Below are positions 38,727 to 46,925 of a stretch of DNA of 64,000 bases, piece after piece. Origin of the DNA: a virus (lineage: Duplodnaviria; Caudoviricetes); the IMG/VR virus record IMGVR_UViG_3300030333_001364, positions 32,001-96,000 of that record. One strand, written 5' to 3'. Numbering within the stretch: the first letter of the stretch is position 1; every line of letters starts with the position of its first letter. Made by a program: the position numbers and the translations under genes. The notes under the pieces are model-generated. The model did no database searches and had not been told where the DNA came from. It saw nothing but the letters and a program-made list of their open reading frames with translations.

Positions 38727-39095
38727 ATGAACATTAAATCAATCTTAGCAGTCGCTGCTGTAACTGCTTTCTCTTCTCCTGTATTAGCAGGACCTTACGT
38801 TGGTGTAGACACCAAGTCAAAATTCACTGGTAACAACTACAGTGCAACAGAATTCACTGGTAAGATCGGTTATGCTGGTGCTTTAGGCGAAGGTGGTACT
38901 AAGTACTTCGTAGAAGGTGGTCCTATTATAACTGTTGCTGACGGTGGTACAGAAACAACTGAATTAAGAATCAACTCTGGTTTAGCATTTGCTCTAACAG
39001 ACTCAGTTGGTGCTAAAATCGGTGGTAAGTTCACATCTAACGATGGTGGAGACAACAAGTACGAATTCCTAACTGGAATCAAGTACAGTTTCTAA
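38727..39095 (+). CDS. small outer-membrane beta-barrel-like protein
   Basis: Signal peptide (MNIKSILAVAAVTAFSSPVLA/G), amphipathic beta strands, C-terminal GIKYSF (BAM-type terminal Phe). Confidence 0.7.
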   Translation: MNIKSILAVAAVTAFSSPVLAGPYVGVDTKSKFTGNNYSATEFTGKIGYAGALGEGGTKYFVEGGPIITVADGGTETTELRINSGLAFALTDSVGAKIGGKFTSNDGGDNKYEFLTGIKYSF

Positions 39096-39114
39096 GAAAC
39101 AACTTACATAATAC

Positions 39115-39140
39115 AAGGGGTGCTTGACACCCCTTTTTTT
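39115..39140 (+). terminator. Rho-independent terminator
   Basis: AAGGGGTG-CTTGA-CACCCCTT followed by a T-tract. Confidence 0.85.
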
Positions 39141-39152
39141 ATGCTATATAAT
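39124..39152 (+). promoter_or_regulatory. consensus sigma70 promoter embedded in the terminator
   Basis: TTGACA(39124)-17nt-TATAAT(39147). Confidence 0.8.
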
Positions 39153-39172
39153 AGATGAACCTAGGTTAGATT

Positions 39173-39835
39173 ATGGATCAAGAAGAGGCGATGTTTGGTG
39201 CCGAACCCAAACCTAAGAAGAAACCATCTAATGATGGTAAGTATAAGTGGATATCAATTGGTGTGGTAGGCAGTCTATTCGCTGTGTCACATCTTGGTAT
39301 GATAGGACATATTGTAAGTAGAAAAGATACACCGAAGTTACCTAACTTGAATATACCTGTAGGACCATACACTTCATATAAGGCAAGTGTATCAGAGGAT
39401 GGTTACGCTATAACATATAAAGCAAACGATCCTAAGACAATGCACATCACTACAAGTATAAAAGAGAAAGCAGGTTTCTTAGGGTTAGCAAACAACACCA
39501 AAGAAGTTACTGAAGAGTATGTCATGGATGGCATAACCAATCAGGGAGGACCTGTATCTAATCATAGATCATGGCAAGATCCTGCAACTCTAGGGAGTCA
39601 AACGAACACACAGGGAGATGCGGTTGCTAGATCAGAAGCATGTATCAAAGCAATCGGAAGTGCAGAAGGAACAGGAAGACTCGTGGGTACCTCGGTTGGT
39701 GCTTCTGCTGCTCCTGCTCTGTCTAACATCCCCTTTATTGGTTGGGTCGCTGCTGGTTGGGTGGCAATGTTTAGTGGCAATCAGGGTGCTGACATAGGTG
39801 GCAGCATGGCAGAAGGTCTAAACGAAAACTGCTAA
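39173..39835 (+). CDS. membrane-anchored protein with a C-terminal glycine-zipper-like region
   Basis: N-terminal TM helix and GTSVGASAAP...IPFIGWVAAGW...GADIGG. Confidence 0.75.
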   Translation: MDQEEAMFGAEPKPKKKPSNDGKYKWISIGVVGSLFAVSHLGMIGHIVSRKDTPKLPNLNIPVGPYTSYKASVSEDGYAITYKANDPKTMHITTSIKEKAGFLGLANNTKEVTEEYVMDGITNQGGPVSNHRSWQDPATLGSQTNTQGDAVARSEACIKAIGSAEGTGRLVGTSVGASAAPALSNIPFIGWVAAGWVAMFSGNQGADIGGSMAEGLNENC

Positions 39836-39924
39836 TGTGGGAAGGTATACTTATTATTGCAGTCGGGTCTGTTGTCTTCATTCTTGTTGACATATGGATC
39901 AGGGAGAAATTCGGAAAGAAATAG
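39835..39924 (+). CDS. single-TM microprotein (29 aa)
   Basis: MWEGILIIAVGSVVFILVDIWIREKFGKK; TAATG coupling. Confidence 0.5.
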   Translation: MWEGILIIAVGSVVFILVDIWIREKFGKK

Positions 39925-39953
39925 CATAAATAGTAACAGTTCTTTACAATTGA

Positions 39954-40082
39954 ATGTCAGAAGTTCAGCACATGTTGATCAAGGTGATAATGTTGATATT
40001 TGTCACCACTGTTCCTACAGCGTTAGTGCTGTCAATCTTTTTGCGGGTTTGGGGTAGAAATATAAGCAAGGATGATGCGTGA
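39954..40082 (+). CDS. single-TM microprotein (42 aa)
   Basis: MSEVQHMLIKVIMLIFVTTVPTALVLSIFLRVWG...; preceded by CATAAATA (39925). Confidence 0.45.
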   Translation: MSEVQHMLIKVIMLIFVTTVPTALVLSIFLRVWGRNISKDDA

Positions 40083-40108
40083 CATAAGTGTGTCTTATGT
40101 AAAGTTTC

Positions 40109-40137
40109 TTGACAAAATTTTATTTTTTATATATAAT
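40109..40137 (+). promoter_or_regulatory. consensus sigma70 promoter for the hli cluster
   Basis: TTGACA-17nt-TATAAT. Confidence 0.85.
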
Positions 40138-40163
40138 TATGTAACAAAAGTTCACAATTACTA

Positions 40164-40361
40164 ATGACTGTAACTACTGAATCAGGCGGACGTCAAAATG
40201 CGTTTCCAACTGAAACAAAACCCTACGTTGATGAAAGCGTAGTATATGAAGGGTATCCTCAAAATGCTGAGAAAGTAAATGGTCGTTGGGCAATGGTTGG
40301 TTTCATTGCACTGATTGGTGCTTATGTTACAACAGGACAAATCATTCCTGGTATCTTCTAA
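40164..40361 (+). CDS. hli: high-light-inducible protein
   Basis: AEKVNGRWAMVGF...TGQIIPGIF. Confidence 0.93.
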   Translation: MTVTTESGGRQNAFPTETKPYVDESVVYEGYPQNAEKVNGRWAMVGFIALIGAYVTTGQIIPGIF

Positions 40362-40486
40362 TGGATTTTTCACATTCCTACTGGAGATATGCTGAGAAAG
40401 TCAATGGACGTCTCGCCATGCTCGGTCTAGTGATCGGCACTATCAACTATGGTCTATTCGGATGGATAGCACCAGGTTTATTCTAA
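40361..40486 (+). CDS. hli: high-light-inducible protein
   Basis: MDFSHSYWRYAEKVNGRLAMLG. Confidence 0.88.
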   Translation: MDFSHSYWRYAEKVNGRLAMLGLVIGTINYGLFGWIAPGLF

Positions 40487-40511
40487 GCAAACAATTACAA
40501 GGTACAAACAA

Positions 40512-40619
40512 ATGACACCAGAAGCAGAAAAGTTTAACGGTTGGATGGCAATGATTGGATTCGTTGCAGCAGTTGGAGCATACGCAACAACAGGTAACAT
40601 CATTCCAGGTATATTCTAA
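40512..40619 (+). CDS. hli: high-light-inducible protein (35 aa)
   Basis: MTPEAEKFNGWMAMIGFVAAVGAYATTGNIIPGIF, read manually. Confidence 0.92.
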   Translation: MTPEAEKFNGWMAMIGFVAAVGAYATTGNIIPGIF

Positions 40620-40747
40620 TGAAAGACAATATCGAACCACAAAAGAAAATTGCAGAAAGATGGAACGGTAGACTTGCTATGTTAGGTTTGATTGCAGCAG
40701 CAACTTCAGACTTATTGACAGGTCACATGTTCTTCGGTCAGTTCTAA
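40619..40747 (+). CDS. hli: high-light-inducible protein (42 aa)
   Basis: MKDNIEPQKKIAERWNGRLAMLGLIAAATSDLLTGHMFFGQF, read manually. Confidence 0.88.
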   Translation: MKDNIEPQKKIAERWNGRLAMLGLIAAATSDLLTGHMFFGQF

Positions 40748-40921
40748 ATGACAGATCTCTCTGTAGTAAATGATATATCACCCTTTCAAGCAATACTATG
40801 GTGCTTCTATCCCATAGGAGCACTTGTATTTCTTGAACTATTCATCCGTGCCATCAATGATGACGACGATGATGATTTTGATGGTGGTAAAGCAGTCCCA
40901 GTTTATCAAGGAGCAACCTAA
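40748..40921 (+). CDS. TM microprotein with a poly-Asp tract (57 aa)
   Basis: …SPFQAILWCFYPIGALVFLELFIRAINDDDDDDFDGGKAVPVYQGAT, read manually. Confidence 0.65.
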   Translation: MTDLSVVNDISPFQAILWCFYPIGALVFLELFIRAINDDDDDDFDGGKAVPVYQGAT

Positions 40922-40995
40922 TGCAACACTTACTATTCACAACATTAGTAACAGCATACATCATATCAGGTGTAGGCAACATCGCTTTCGCATGA
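40921..40995 (+). CDS. hydrophobic microprotein (24 aa)
   Basis: MQHLLFTTLVTAYIISGVGNIAFA; AGGAG RBS, coupled on both sides. Confidence 0.5.
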   Translation: MQHLLFTTLVTAYIISGVGNIAFA

Positions 40996-41087
40996 AGAAA
41001 GTATTTTACAATCCATACTATCCATTGATAGAATTCGGATTTTTTGTTATTGTAGGCACAGTAGCAGGATTCGCAGGAGTAGTATGA
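40992..41087 (+). CDS. TM microprotein (31 aa)
   Basis: MKKVFYNPYYPLIEFGFFVIVGTVAGFAGVV; ATGA overlaps on both sides. Confidence 0.55.
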   Translation: MKKVFYNPYYPLIEFGFFVIVGTVAGFAGVV

Positions 41088-41404
41088 AAGGTTACACACC
41101 ACTAAAACAAGTTCCCAGAATATTTTGTTGGGCAGTCGTCTTTGCAATATTGTTTGGTATAACTACCACAGCATATGCAGACGTACCAGTATTATATGTT
41201 CAAGTTCCTCAGTGGACTGACGATTGGGCGGTGTGTGCAGTAGACATACCTGACGCAAAATGTCATTGGTATGTACAACAGGCAGACAACACATTTGGTG
41301 AAGGTTTCGATTGGGAAACTGCTCCATGGTTTGATGCCAACGGTTTATACGATGTCCCCGCAATGCAAGCATCGACAGCAGTGGAGAAGTTGCAAGATAG
41401 ATAG
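41084..41404 (+). CDS. secreted/lumenal Trp-rich hypothetical protein
   Basis: Signal peptide ending AYA, then VPQWTDDWAVC...CHWY...FGEGFDWE. Confidence 0.7.
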   Translation: MKGYTPLKQVPRIFCWAVVFAILFGITTTAYADVPVLYVQVPQWTDDWAVCAVDIPDAKCHWYVQQADNTFGEGFDWETAPWFDANGLYDVPAMQASTAVEKLQDR

Positions 41405-41421
41405 TATGCTATCATGGCAAC

Positions 41422-42003
41422 ATGGAAAAGATAGAGATCGGTAATAACTTCCACAACTTCTTAGAGGTTGTAGAAAAAAGATTTATAAAAAATGAAAGAT
41501 GGGATAGGTCGTATGATTATCATGCGGATCCCATCTTTTTTACTAGCATCACATTCTTAAAAATGTTGCTAGAAAATAATCAAAGACTTGACTTGCCAAG
41601 TAAGTATCTGGTATTCAATGATCAGGAGGATGTGACACCAAGAAAGAAGTTTGATCACGACCTACTGAAAAGAAAATTTCCTAAGTGTATTGACACACCT
41701 GTTGTAGGATACTATCCTCCTACAGGATTTGTAGGTTGGCATACTAACTACAAGGTGCCAGGTCATATAATATTGTTCAATTGGTCAGAAGATGGAGAAG
41801 GGTTCTTCAGATTTGCCAAAGGAAATAAAATGGATACTATAAAGGATGGTAAGGGTTGGAGTTGTAAGGTGGGATACTTCGGAGAGAATGTAGAAGATCA
41901 ACTCTGGCACTGTGCTAGGACAGAGTGTCGTAGGTTTTCTTTTTCGTATCGGTTTGCAAACAAACAAGATTGGCAGGATGCAGTTGACTTGATACTGGGT
42001 TAG
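41422..42003 (+). CDS. 2OG-Fe(II) oxygenase/cupin-like protein
   Basis: Double-stranded beta-helix pattern YPPTGFVGWHTN ... LWHCA....RFSFSY. Confidence 0.55.
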   Translation: MEKIEIGNNFHNFLEVVEKRFIKNERWDRSYDYHADPIFFTSITFLKMLLENNQRLDLPSKYLVFNDQEDVTPRKKFDHDLLKRKFPKCIDTPVVGYYPPTGFVGWHTNYKVPGHIILFNWSEDGEGFFRFAKGNKMDTIKDGKGWSCKVGYFGENVEDQLWHCARTECRRFSFSYRFANKQDWQDAVDLILG

Positions 42004-42012
42004 TGTTATTGT
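41984..42012 (+). promoter_or_regulatory. sigma70-type promoter for gp45
   Basis: TTGACT-17nt-TATTGT with TGn. Confidence 0.5.
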
Positions 42013-42032
42013 ATAGATGTTAGACATTTATC

Positions 42033-42725
42033 ATGAAACTCAGGGAACCTATGAGACTATCTGAAAAGACAACTAAAATTCTTCAGAACTTCACGTCTAT
42101 CAATCAGTCATTGCATTTCAAAGAAGGAAATACATTGAGAACTATGTCAGTCATGAAAAATGTTCTGGCAGAGGCAGAGATTGAAGAGTACATACCACGT
42201 GAATTTGCAATCTATGATTTGCCACAGTTCTTGAACACATTGTCATTGACTGCTACACCATCTATTGATGTGTCTAGTAACCAGTCACATGCAACAATCA
42301 AAGGAACAACAAATCATCAGACAAAATTCTTCTTCTGCGATCCTAGTGTCATTGTGGCACCACCAGAAAAGAAGATGGAACTTCCTAGTATAGATGTGGA
42401 GTTCAATTTGTCAGAGCAAGACCTAAAGAGTTTGCTCAAAGCATCATCTATCATGCAACTACCAGACCTATCTGTTGTAGGTAATGGTAATAGTGTAGAA
42501 GTGATAGTATCTGATCGTAAGAATGATACATCAAATGTTTATAGTCTTACTGTAGGAAAAACTGAACACACATTCTCATTCAACTTCAAGATAGAGAATA
42601 TCAAAACACTTATTGGTGGATATACTGTTCAGATTTCTAAGAAGAATCTTGCTAAGTTCTACAGTAGTTCATATAAACTTACATACTTTATTGCATTAGA
42701 ACCTGATTCTAAATTCGATGAATAA
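42033..42725 (+). CDS. gp45: sliding clamp gp45
   Basis: LQNFTSINQS, FAIYDLPQFL and YFIALEPDS. Alternative start at 42051. Confidence 0.94.
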   Translation: MKLREPMRLSEKTTKILQNFTSINQSLHFKEGNTLRTMSVMKNVLAEAEIEEYIPREFAIYDLPQFLNTLSLTATPSIDVSSNQSHATIKGTTNHQTKFFFCDPSVIVAPPEKKMELPSIDVEFNLSEQDLKSLLKASSIMQLPDLSVVGNGNSVEVIVSDRKNDTSNVYSLTVGKTEHTFSFNFKIENIKTLIGGYTVQISKKNLAKFYSSSYKLTYFIALEPDSKFDE

Positions 42726-42798
42726 TTACGGACTAGAGATAGCGTTCTGGGTTATACTAGGACTCTATCTCGTATATCTCTGGGAGGAGAAAAAGTGA
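42718..42798 (+). CDS. TM microprotein (26 aa)
   Basis: MNNYGLEIAFWVILGLYLVYLWEEKK, read manually. Confidence 0.45.
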   Translation: MNNYGLEIAFWVILGLYLVYLWEEKK

Positions 42799-42932
42799 AT
42801 AGTGAAGGTAACGAAGACAAGGGTACACCTAGAGTAAACAAAGACGCTGTCAAAAAGTTAGTCAAACAATACAAGAAAATCAAGAAGTACCACAAGTCAA
42901 ACATCTTTCAAATCAGACAACTAGATGACTAA
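42795..42932 (+). CDS. basic hypothetical protein (45 aa, GTG start)
   Basis: GGAGG RBS; ...KKLVKQYKKIKKYHKSNIFQI. Confidence 0.55.
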   Translation: MNSEGNEDKGTPRVNKDAVKKLVKQYKKIKKYHKSNIFQIRQLDD

Positions 42933-43869
42933 TGAATTTCTATGGGTCGAGAAGTATCGTCCCAAGACAATCGAAGAGTGTATTTTACCAGACTCAACAA
43001 AGAAAACCTTTGCTGAGTTTGTACAGTCTGGTGAATTACCTAACTTATTACTTGCAGGTCCACCAGGTGTAGGTAAAACTACAGTTGCAAAGGCATTATG
43101 TAATGAGTTAGGTGTTGATTATTATGTAATCAATGGTTCTGACGAAGGAAGATTTCTAGATACTGTAAGAAACCAAGCAAAGAGTTTTGCTTCTACTGTC
43201 TCGTTGACGAGCAGTGGCAACCATAAAGTAATCATAATAGATGAAGCAGACAACACGACCCACGATGTACAACTCCTCCTTAGGGCAAATATTGAAGCGT
43301 TTTATAACAACTGTCGTTTCATCTTCACCTGTAATTACAAGAACAAAATTATTGAACCTCTCCACAGCAGATGCTCGGTGGTCGAGTTCGGAATTAGAGG
43401 GAAAGAAAGACAAGAACTAGCAGCAAAATTCTTCAAAAGATTACAGACAATACTGGCAGAAGAAAAAGTAAAGGCAGAACCTAAAGTTTTAGTAGGACTC
43501 ATCAACAAACATTTTCCTGACTGGAGAAGAGTTCTAAACGAATGCCAGAGATATTCTACAAGTGGTGAGATTGGTAGTGAAGTTCTTACCGCACTATCTC
43601 CAACGAATACAAGTGAGTTGATAGGTTTTCTATCTAAGAAAGAGTTTCAAAATGTAAGGAAATGGGTAGTACAAAATCTTGACAATGATCCCAACTCTAT
43701 ACTAAGATCAGTATACGATTCAATATACGAAAACTTGAAACCGTCCTCTATTCCAGAAGCGGTTCTCATCATTGCAAAGTATCAATACCAATCAGCATTT
43801 GCTGCTGATCAGGAAATCAACATGCTTGCAGCAATGACTGAACTCATGGTGCAATGTGAGTTCAAATAA
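42925..43869 (+). CDS. gp44: clamp loader large subunit gp44
   Basis: LWVEKYRP, GPPGVGKTT, DEAD and PLHSRC. Confidence 0.96.
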   Translation: MTNEFLWVEKYRPKTIEECILPDSTKKTFAEFVQSGELPNLLLAGPPGVGKTTVAKALCNELGVDYYVINGSDEGRFLDTVRNQAKSFASTVSLTSSGNHKVIIIDEADNTTHDVQLLLRANIEAFYNNCRFIFTCNYKNKIIEPLHSRCSVVEFGIRGKERQELAAKFFKRLQTILAEEKVKAEPKVLVGLINKHFPDWRRVLNECQRYSTSGEIGSEVLTALSPTNTSELIGFLSKKEFQNVRKWVVQNLDNDPNSILRSVYDSIYENLKPSSIPEAVLIIAKYQYQSAFAADQEINMLAAMTELMVQCEFK

Positions 43870-43898
43870 TGTATAATTAGTATGTACGAAGTTTTATT

Positions 43899-44171
43899 AT
43901 GGACGTGACTCCCCAACAACCAGTCGGAATTATCCAAGAGATACCTGTTTGTCTCCCAGAACCACCACCAGAAGGTAGAACAATGATTCAGCATGTTGGA
44001 GTTGCTGGCATTGTTATCTTCCTAGTATCAGCAATCGTTGCATCATTCTGGTTGATTGGTAAAGGATTGACTAAAGAACAACTAGCAGATCTAAAGAAAA
44101 AAGAAGAGGCACCAAAGCGAAAAACTAGAAAGAGAACAAGTGCCAAAAGTAAAAATACTAAGTCAGAGTAG
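43899..44171 (+). CDS. single-TM hypothetical protein with a basic tail
   Basis: 90 aa with one hydrophobic helix. Confidence 0.55.
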   Translation: MDVTPQQPVGIIQEIPVCLPEPPPEGRTMIQHVGVAGIVIFLVSAIVASFWLIGKGLTKEQLADLKKKEEAPKRKTRKRTSAKSKNTKSE

Positions 44172-44172
44172 T

Positions 44173-45078
44173 ATGAAGTGTTTAGTTACAGGCGGTGCGG
44201 GATTCATAGGATCTCACATCGTCGAAAGACTACTGGAAGATGGTAGTGAAGTTGTCGTTGTGGACAATGAATCAGCAGTTAGTAATGATGAATTCCACTG
44301 GTATGCATCAGCAAGTAATCATAAGGTAGACATAAGAGATTATGATAAGATAAGACCATTGTTTGATGGTGTAGATTGTGTTTTTCATTTAGCAGCATTC
44401 AGTAGAATACAAATTGCTATGAAAAATCCAGATGCTTGTATAGATGTCAATTACGTTGGCACTAACAATCTTCTGAAATGTGCTGTGGAAGCAGGAGTAA
44501 AAAGATTTGTAAACTCTTCCACATCATCCTCATATGGTTTAGCAAACACACCTCCTCTAAGAGAGGACATGCCTACAGATTGTCTAAACCCATACTCAGC
44601 ATCTAAAGTTGGAGCAGAAATTTTATGTCAGATGTATTCAAAATTGCACGGACTCTCAACCGTGACCTTGAGGTACTTCAATGTTTACGGTCCTCGTCAA
44701 CCACTAAAGGGAACATATGCTCCCGTGATTGGTTTGTTCGAGGAGCAAAAGAAAGCAAGAAAACCATGCACCATAGTTGGTGATGGTGAGCAGAGAAGAG
44801 ATTTCACACACGTGTCAGATGTAGTAGAAGCAAATATGTGTGCAATGCAAACAAGTTGTGATGGAGTATTTAATATTGGTACTGGTAAAAATCATTCTGT
44901 AAATGATATTGCAAAATTAGTCAATAACCCTTATAATACAATACAAATACCATCAAGACCTGGTGAAGCAAGAGTTACTCTTGCAGACAATACAAAGGCA
45001 AAAACATTATTGGGTTGGGAACCTAAGAAAGAACTTCATGAATACTTTGAAAACTCCTCTAAGATATCCTGGCGGTAA
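44173..45078 (+). CDS. NAD-dependent nucleotide-sugar epimerase/dehydratase (extended SDR)
   Basis: VTGGAGFIGSH, FHLAA, YSASK (YxxxK), LRYFNVYGP and RDFTHVSD. Confidence 0.93.
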   Translation: MKCLVTGGAGFIGSHIVERLLEDGSEVVVVDNESAVSNDEFHWYASASNHKVDIRDYDKIRPLFDGVDCVFHLAAFSRIQIAMKNPDACIDVNYVGTNNLLKCAVEAGVKRFVNSSTSSSYGLANTPPLREDMPTDCLNPYSASKVGAEILCQMYSKLHGLSTVTLRYFNVYGPRQPLKGTYAPVIGLFEEQKKARKPCTIVGDGEQRRDFTHVSDVVEANMCAMQTSCDGVFNIGTGKNHSVNDIAKLVNNPYNTIQIPSRPGEARVTLADNTKAKTLLGWEPKKELHEYFENSSKISWR

Positions 45079-45850
45079 GTCTAGAGCAGTAGAGAAGATA
45101 TATTCAAGATTCCCTAATGGTATAAAAGAATATCGTGAACCTTTTTTGGGTGGTGGTAGTGTTGCATGCTACATCACACAGAAACATCACAACCTCCCTG
45201 TATGGGTAAACGATTTGTACTTCCCTTTATATAATTTTTGGGTACAACTTCGTGATAATAATGATTATGTTTACAAAGAACTACAACAACTCAAGAAGAG
45301 TCACCCTGATCCCTTATCAGCAAAAGATTTGTTCCTTGATGCAAAGGAGAAGTTGAACGATGAGACCACCGATCTCCCCGACAAGGCTGTTTATTTCTAT
45401 ATTGTTAATAAGTGTAGCTTCAGTGGGCTTACTGAATCGTCTTCGTTCTCCCCGCAAGCCTCAGATTCCAACTTTTCTATGCGAGGTATCGAAAAGATGC
45501 CCTATTACGGATTACTTATAAAGAAGTGGAAAATAACAAACTTATCTTACCAAGAGTTACTAGATGGTGATGATGCATTCTGTTATCTTGATCCACCATA
45601 CGAGATAGGTTCTAATCTGTATGGTAAAAAGGGTGCGATGCACAAAGGATTTGATCACGATCTGTTTTTTACTACATGTGATCTATCAAAACAAGATTGT
45701 TTAGTCAGTTATAATACTACACAAGTTATAAAGAGTAGATTTCTAAATTGGACAGCATCAGAATTTGATCTGACATACACTATGAGATCAGTTGGTGATT
45801 ATATGAACGAACAGAAACAAAGAAAGGAATTGCTATTGTCAAACTACTAG
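45038..45850 (+). CDS. dam: DNA adenine methyltransferase (Dam family)
   Basis: LRYPGGKS, EPFLGGGSV and YLDPPY. Confidence 0.9.
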   Translation: MNTLKTPLRYPGGKSRAVEKIYSRFPNGIKEYREPFLGGGSVACYITQKHHNLPVWVNDLYFPLYNFWVQLRDNNDYVYKELQQLKKSHPDPLSAKDLFLDAKEKLNDETTDLPDKAVYFYIVNKCSFSGLTESSSFSPQASDSNFSMRGIEKMPYYGLLIKKWKITNLSYQELLDGDDAFCYLDPPYEIGSNLYGKKGAMHKGFDHDLFFTTCDLSKQDCLVSYNTTQVIKSRFLNWTASEFDLTYTMRSVGDYMNEQKQRKELLLSNY

Positions 45851-45872
45851 ATAATATAGCAATATACAAAAT

Positions 45873-46172
45873 ATGTTATCTACACAATACCGACTGCGAC
45901 TTGAAGGTATTTGCAAGTCGATTGCTGCCGGTCAAGAAGTCTCAATAGCAGACATGATCTGGGCAGAAAAACTTTCAAAAGCAAATACGAGTGCAAGAGG
46001 TATGTTGAAAACTGCAAGACGTATGGTAACAAATCCAAACGATTCTTTTCTGAATAGCTTGAACATAGGAGACCCCGATTCAAGTAATCATCGAAGGGGT
46101 TTCACATCACCTGATGAGGTGGTAGACTGGTTTCATCAAGAGAGATCAGATGACTGGAGACAACGTGACTGA
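45873..46172 (+). CDS. conserved cyanophage hypothetical protein
   Basis: MLSTQYRLRLE.IC...DWRQRD. Confidence 0.7.
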   Translation: MLSTQYRLRLEGICKSIAAGQEVSIADMIWAEKLSKANTSARGMLKTARRMVTNPNDSFLNSLNIGDPDSSNHRRGFTSPDEVVDWFHQERSDDWRQRD

Positions 46173-46410
46173 GTATGAAAAGAGAGCACTCAATCCATGT
46201 TGGCAACATAAACAAAAGTGTATTGCCATGTTCACCCTTGATTCACACAACACTTCGTACTTATATCGAAGAGAAGATAGATCATATTACTGGCAGCATT
46301 GTAGAAAGGAAGCGGAAGACGACGTCTTCGTAGACGCTGATGGTTTACAACTTGATTTGTTAGGTGATCCTGTTCTATCTAAAGAATTTATTATGAATGC
46401 TATAATGTAG
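46150..46410 (+). CDS. hypothetical protein
   Basis: 86-aa ORF in the operon; start uncertain. Confidence 0.55.
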   Translation: MTGDNVTEYEKRALNPCWQHKQKCIAMFTLDSHNTSYLYRREDRSYYWQHCRKEAEDDVFVDADGLQLDLLGDPVLSKEFIMNAIM

Positions 46411-46424
46411 GTATATATACTCAC

Positions 46425-46925
46425 ATGAAGCAAATCAACACATTCGTCTTAGATATTACAATCTATATCTTAGACTTCCTCTACAGAGGTAGAGACTTTC
46501 AAAGGTTCTGGGTTCTTGAAGTGATTGCCAGAGCACCTTACTTTTCTTTTATAAGTGTGTTACACTTTAGAGAATCACTGGGACTGAGAGGAGAAGATCA
46601 TGTACACTTGATGAAGGAACATTTTTATCAGGCACTCAATGAAACAGAACATCTTGAAGAAATGGAGCTTAGAGAAGGTAACAGGTATTGGATTGACCGC
46701 TTCTTTGCCAAACATCTTGTTTTACTTTATTATTGGATTATGGTTGGGTACTATCTTCTTAGTCCTAAGAACGCTTATGACATCAACTTGAAGATAGAGA
46801 AGCATGCTTTTGAGACATATACAAAGTATCTTCTATATCATCCAGAAGATAAAAAGATAGCAGAGATAGCACAGGATGAATTAGAACATGCAAAAGAACT
46901 ACAACATGCTATGATGATGATATGA
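46425..46925 (+). CDS. ptox: plastoquinol terminal oxidase (alternative oxidase family)
   Basis: RFWVLEVIARAPYF plus di-iron motifs NETEH, EKHA..TY and DELEH. Confidence 0.93.
   Translation: MKQINTFVLDITIYILDFLYRGRDFQRFWVLEVIARAPYFSFISVLHFRESLGLRGEDHVHLMKEHFYQALNETEHLEEMELREGNRYWIDRFFAKHLVLLYYWIMVGYYLLSPKNAYDINLKIEKHAFETYTKYLLYHPEDKKIAEIAQDELEHAKELQHAMMMI

Noticed and set aside
40141-40154. NtcA box at the hli transcription start
   Set aside because: GTA-N8-TCA does not match GTA-N8-TAC, and the spacing does not fit a CRP site either.
40824-41087. 87-aa ORF (MYFLNYSS...) from the track, and 39857-40057
   Set aside because: Better explained by shorter coupled ORFs with proper starts and TM helices.
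46409-46422. GTATATATAC palindrome before PTOX as a third copy of the fibre-leader motif
   Set aside because: Lacks the hairpin/U-tract and flanking identity; AT-rich palindromes of this size arise easily by chance.
46425-46925. PTOX, hli, mazG, hsp20 and dam as novelties
   Set aside because: Well-known cyanophage auxiliary or core genes; reported as features only.
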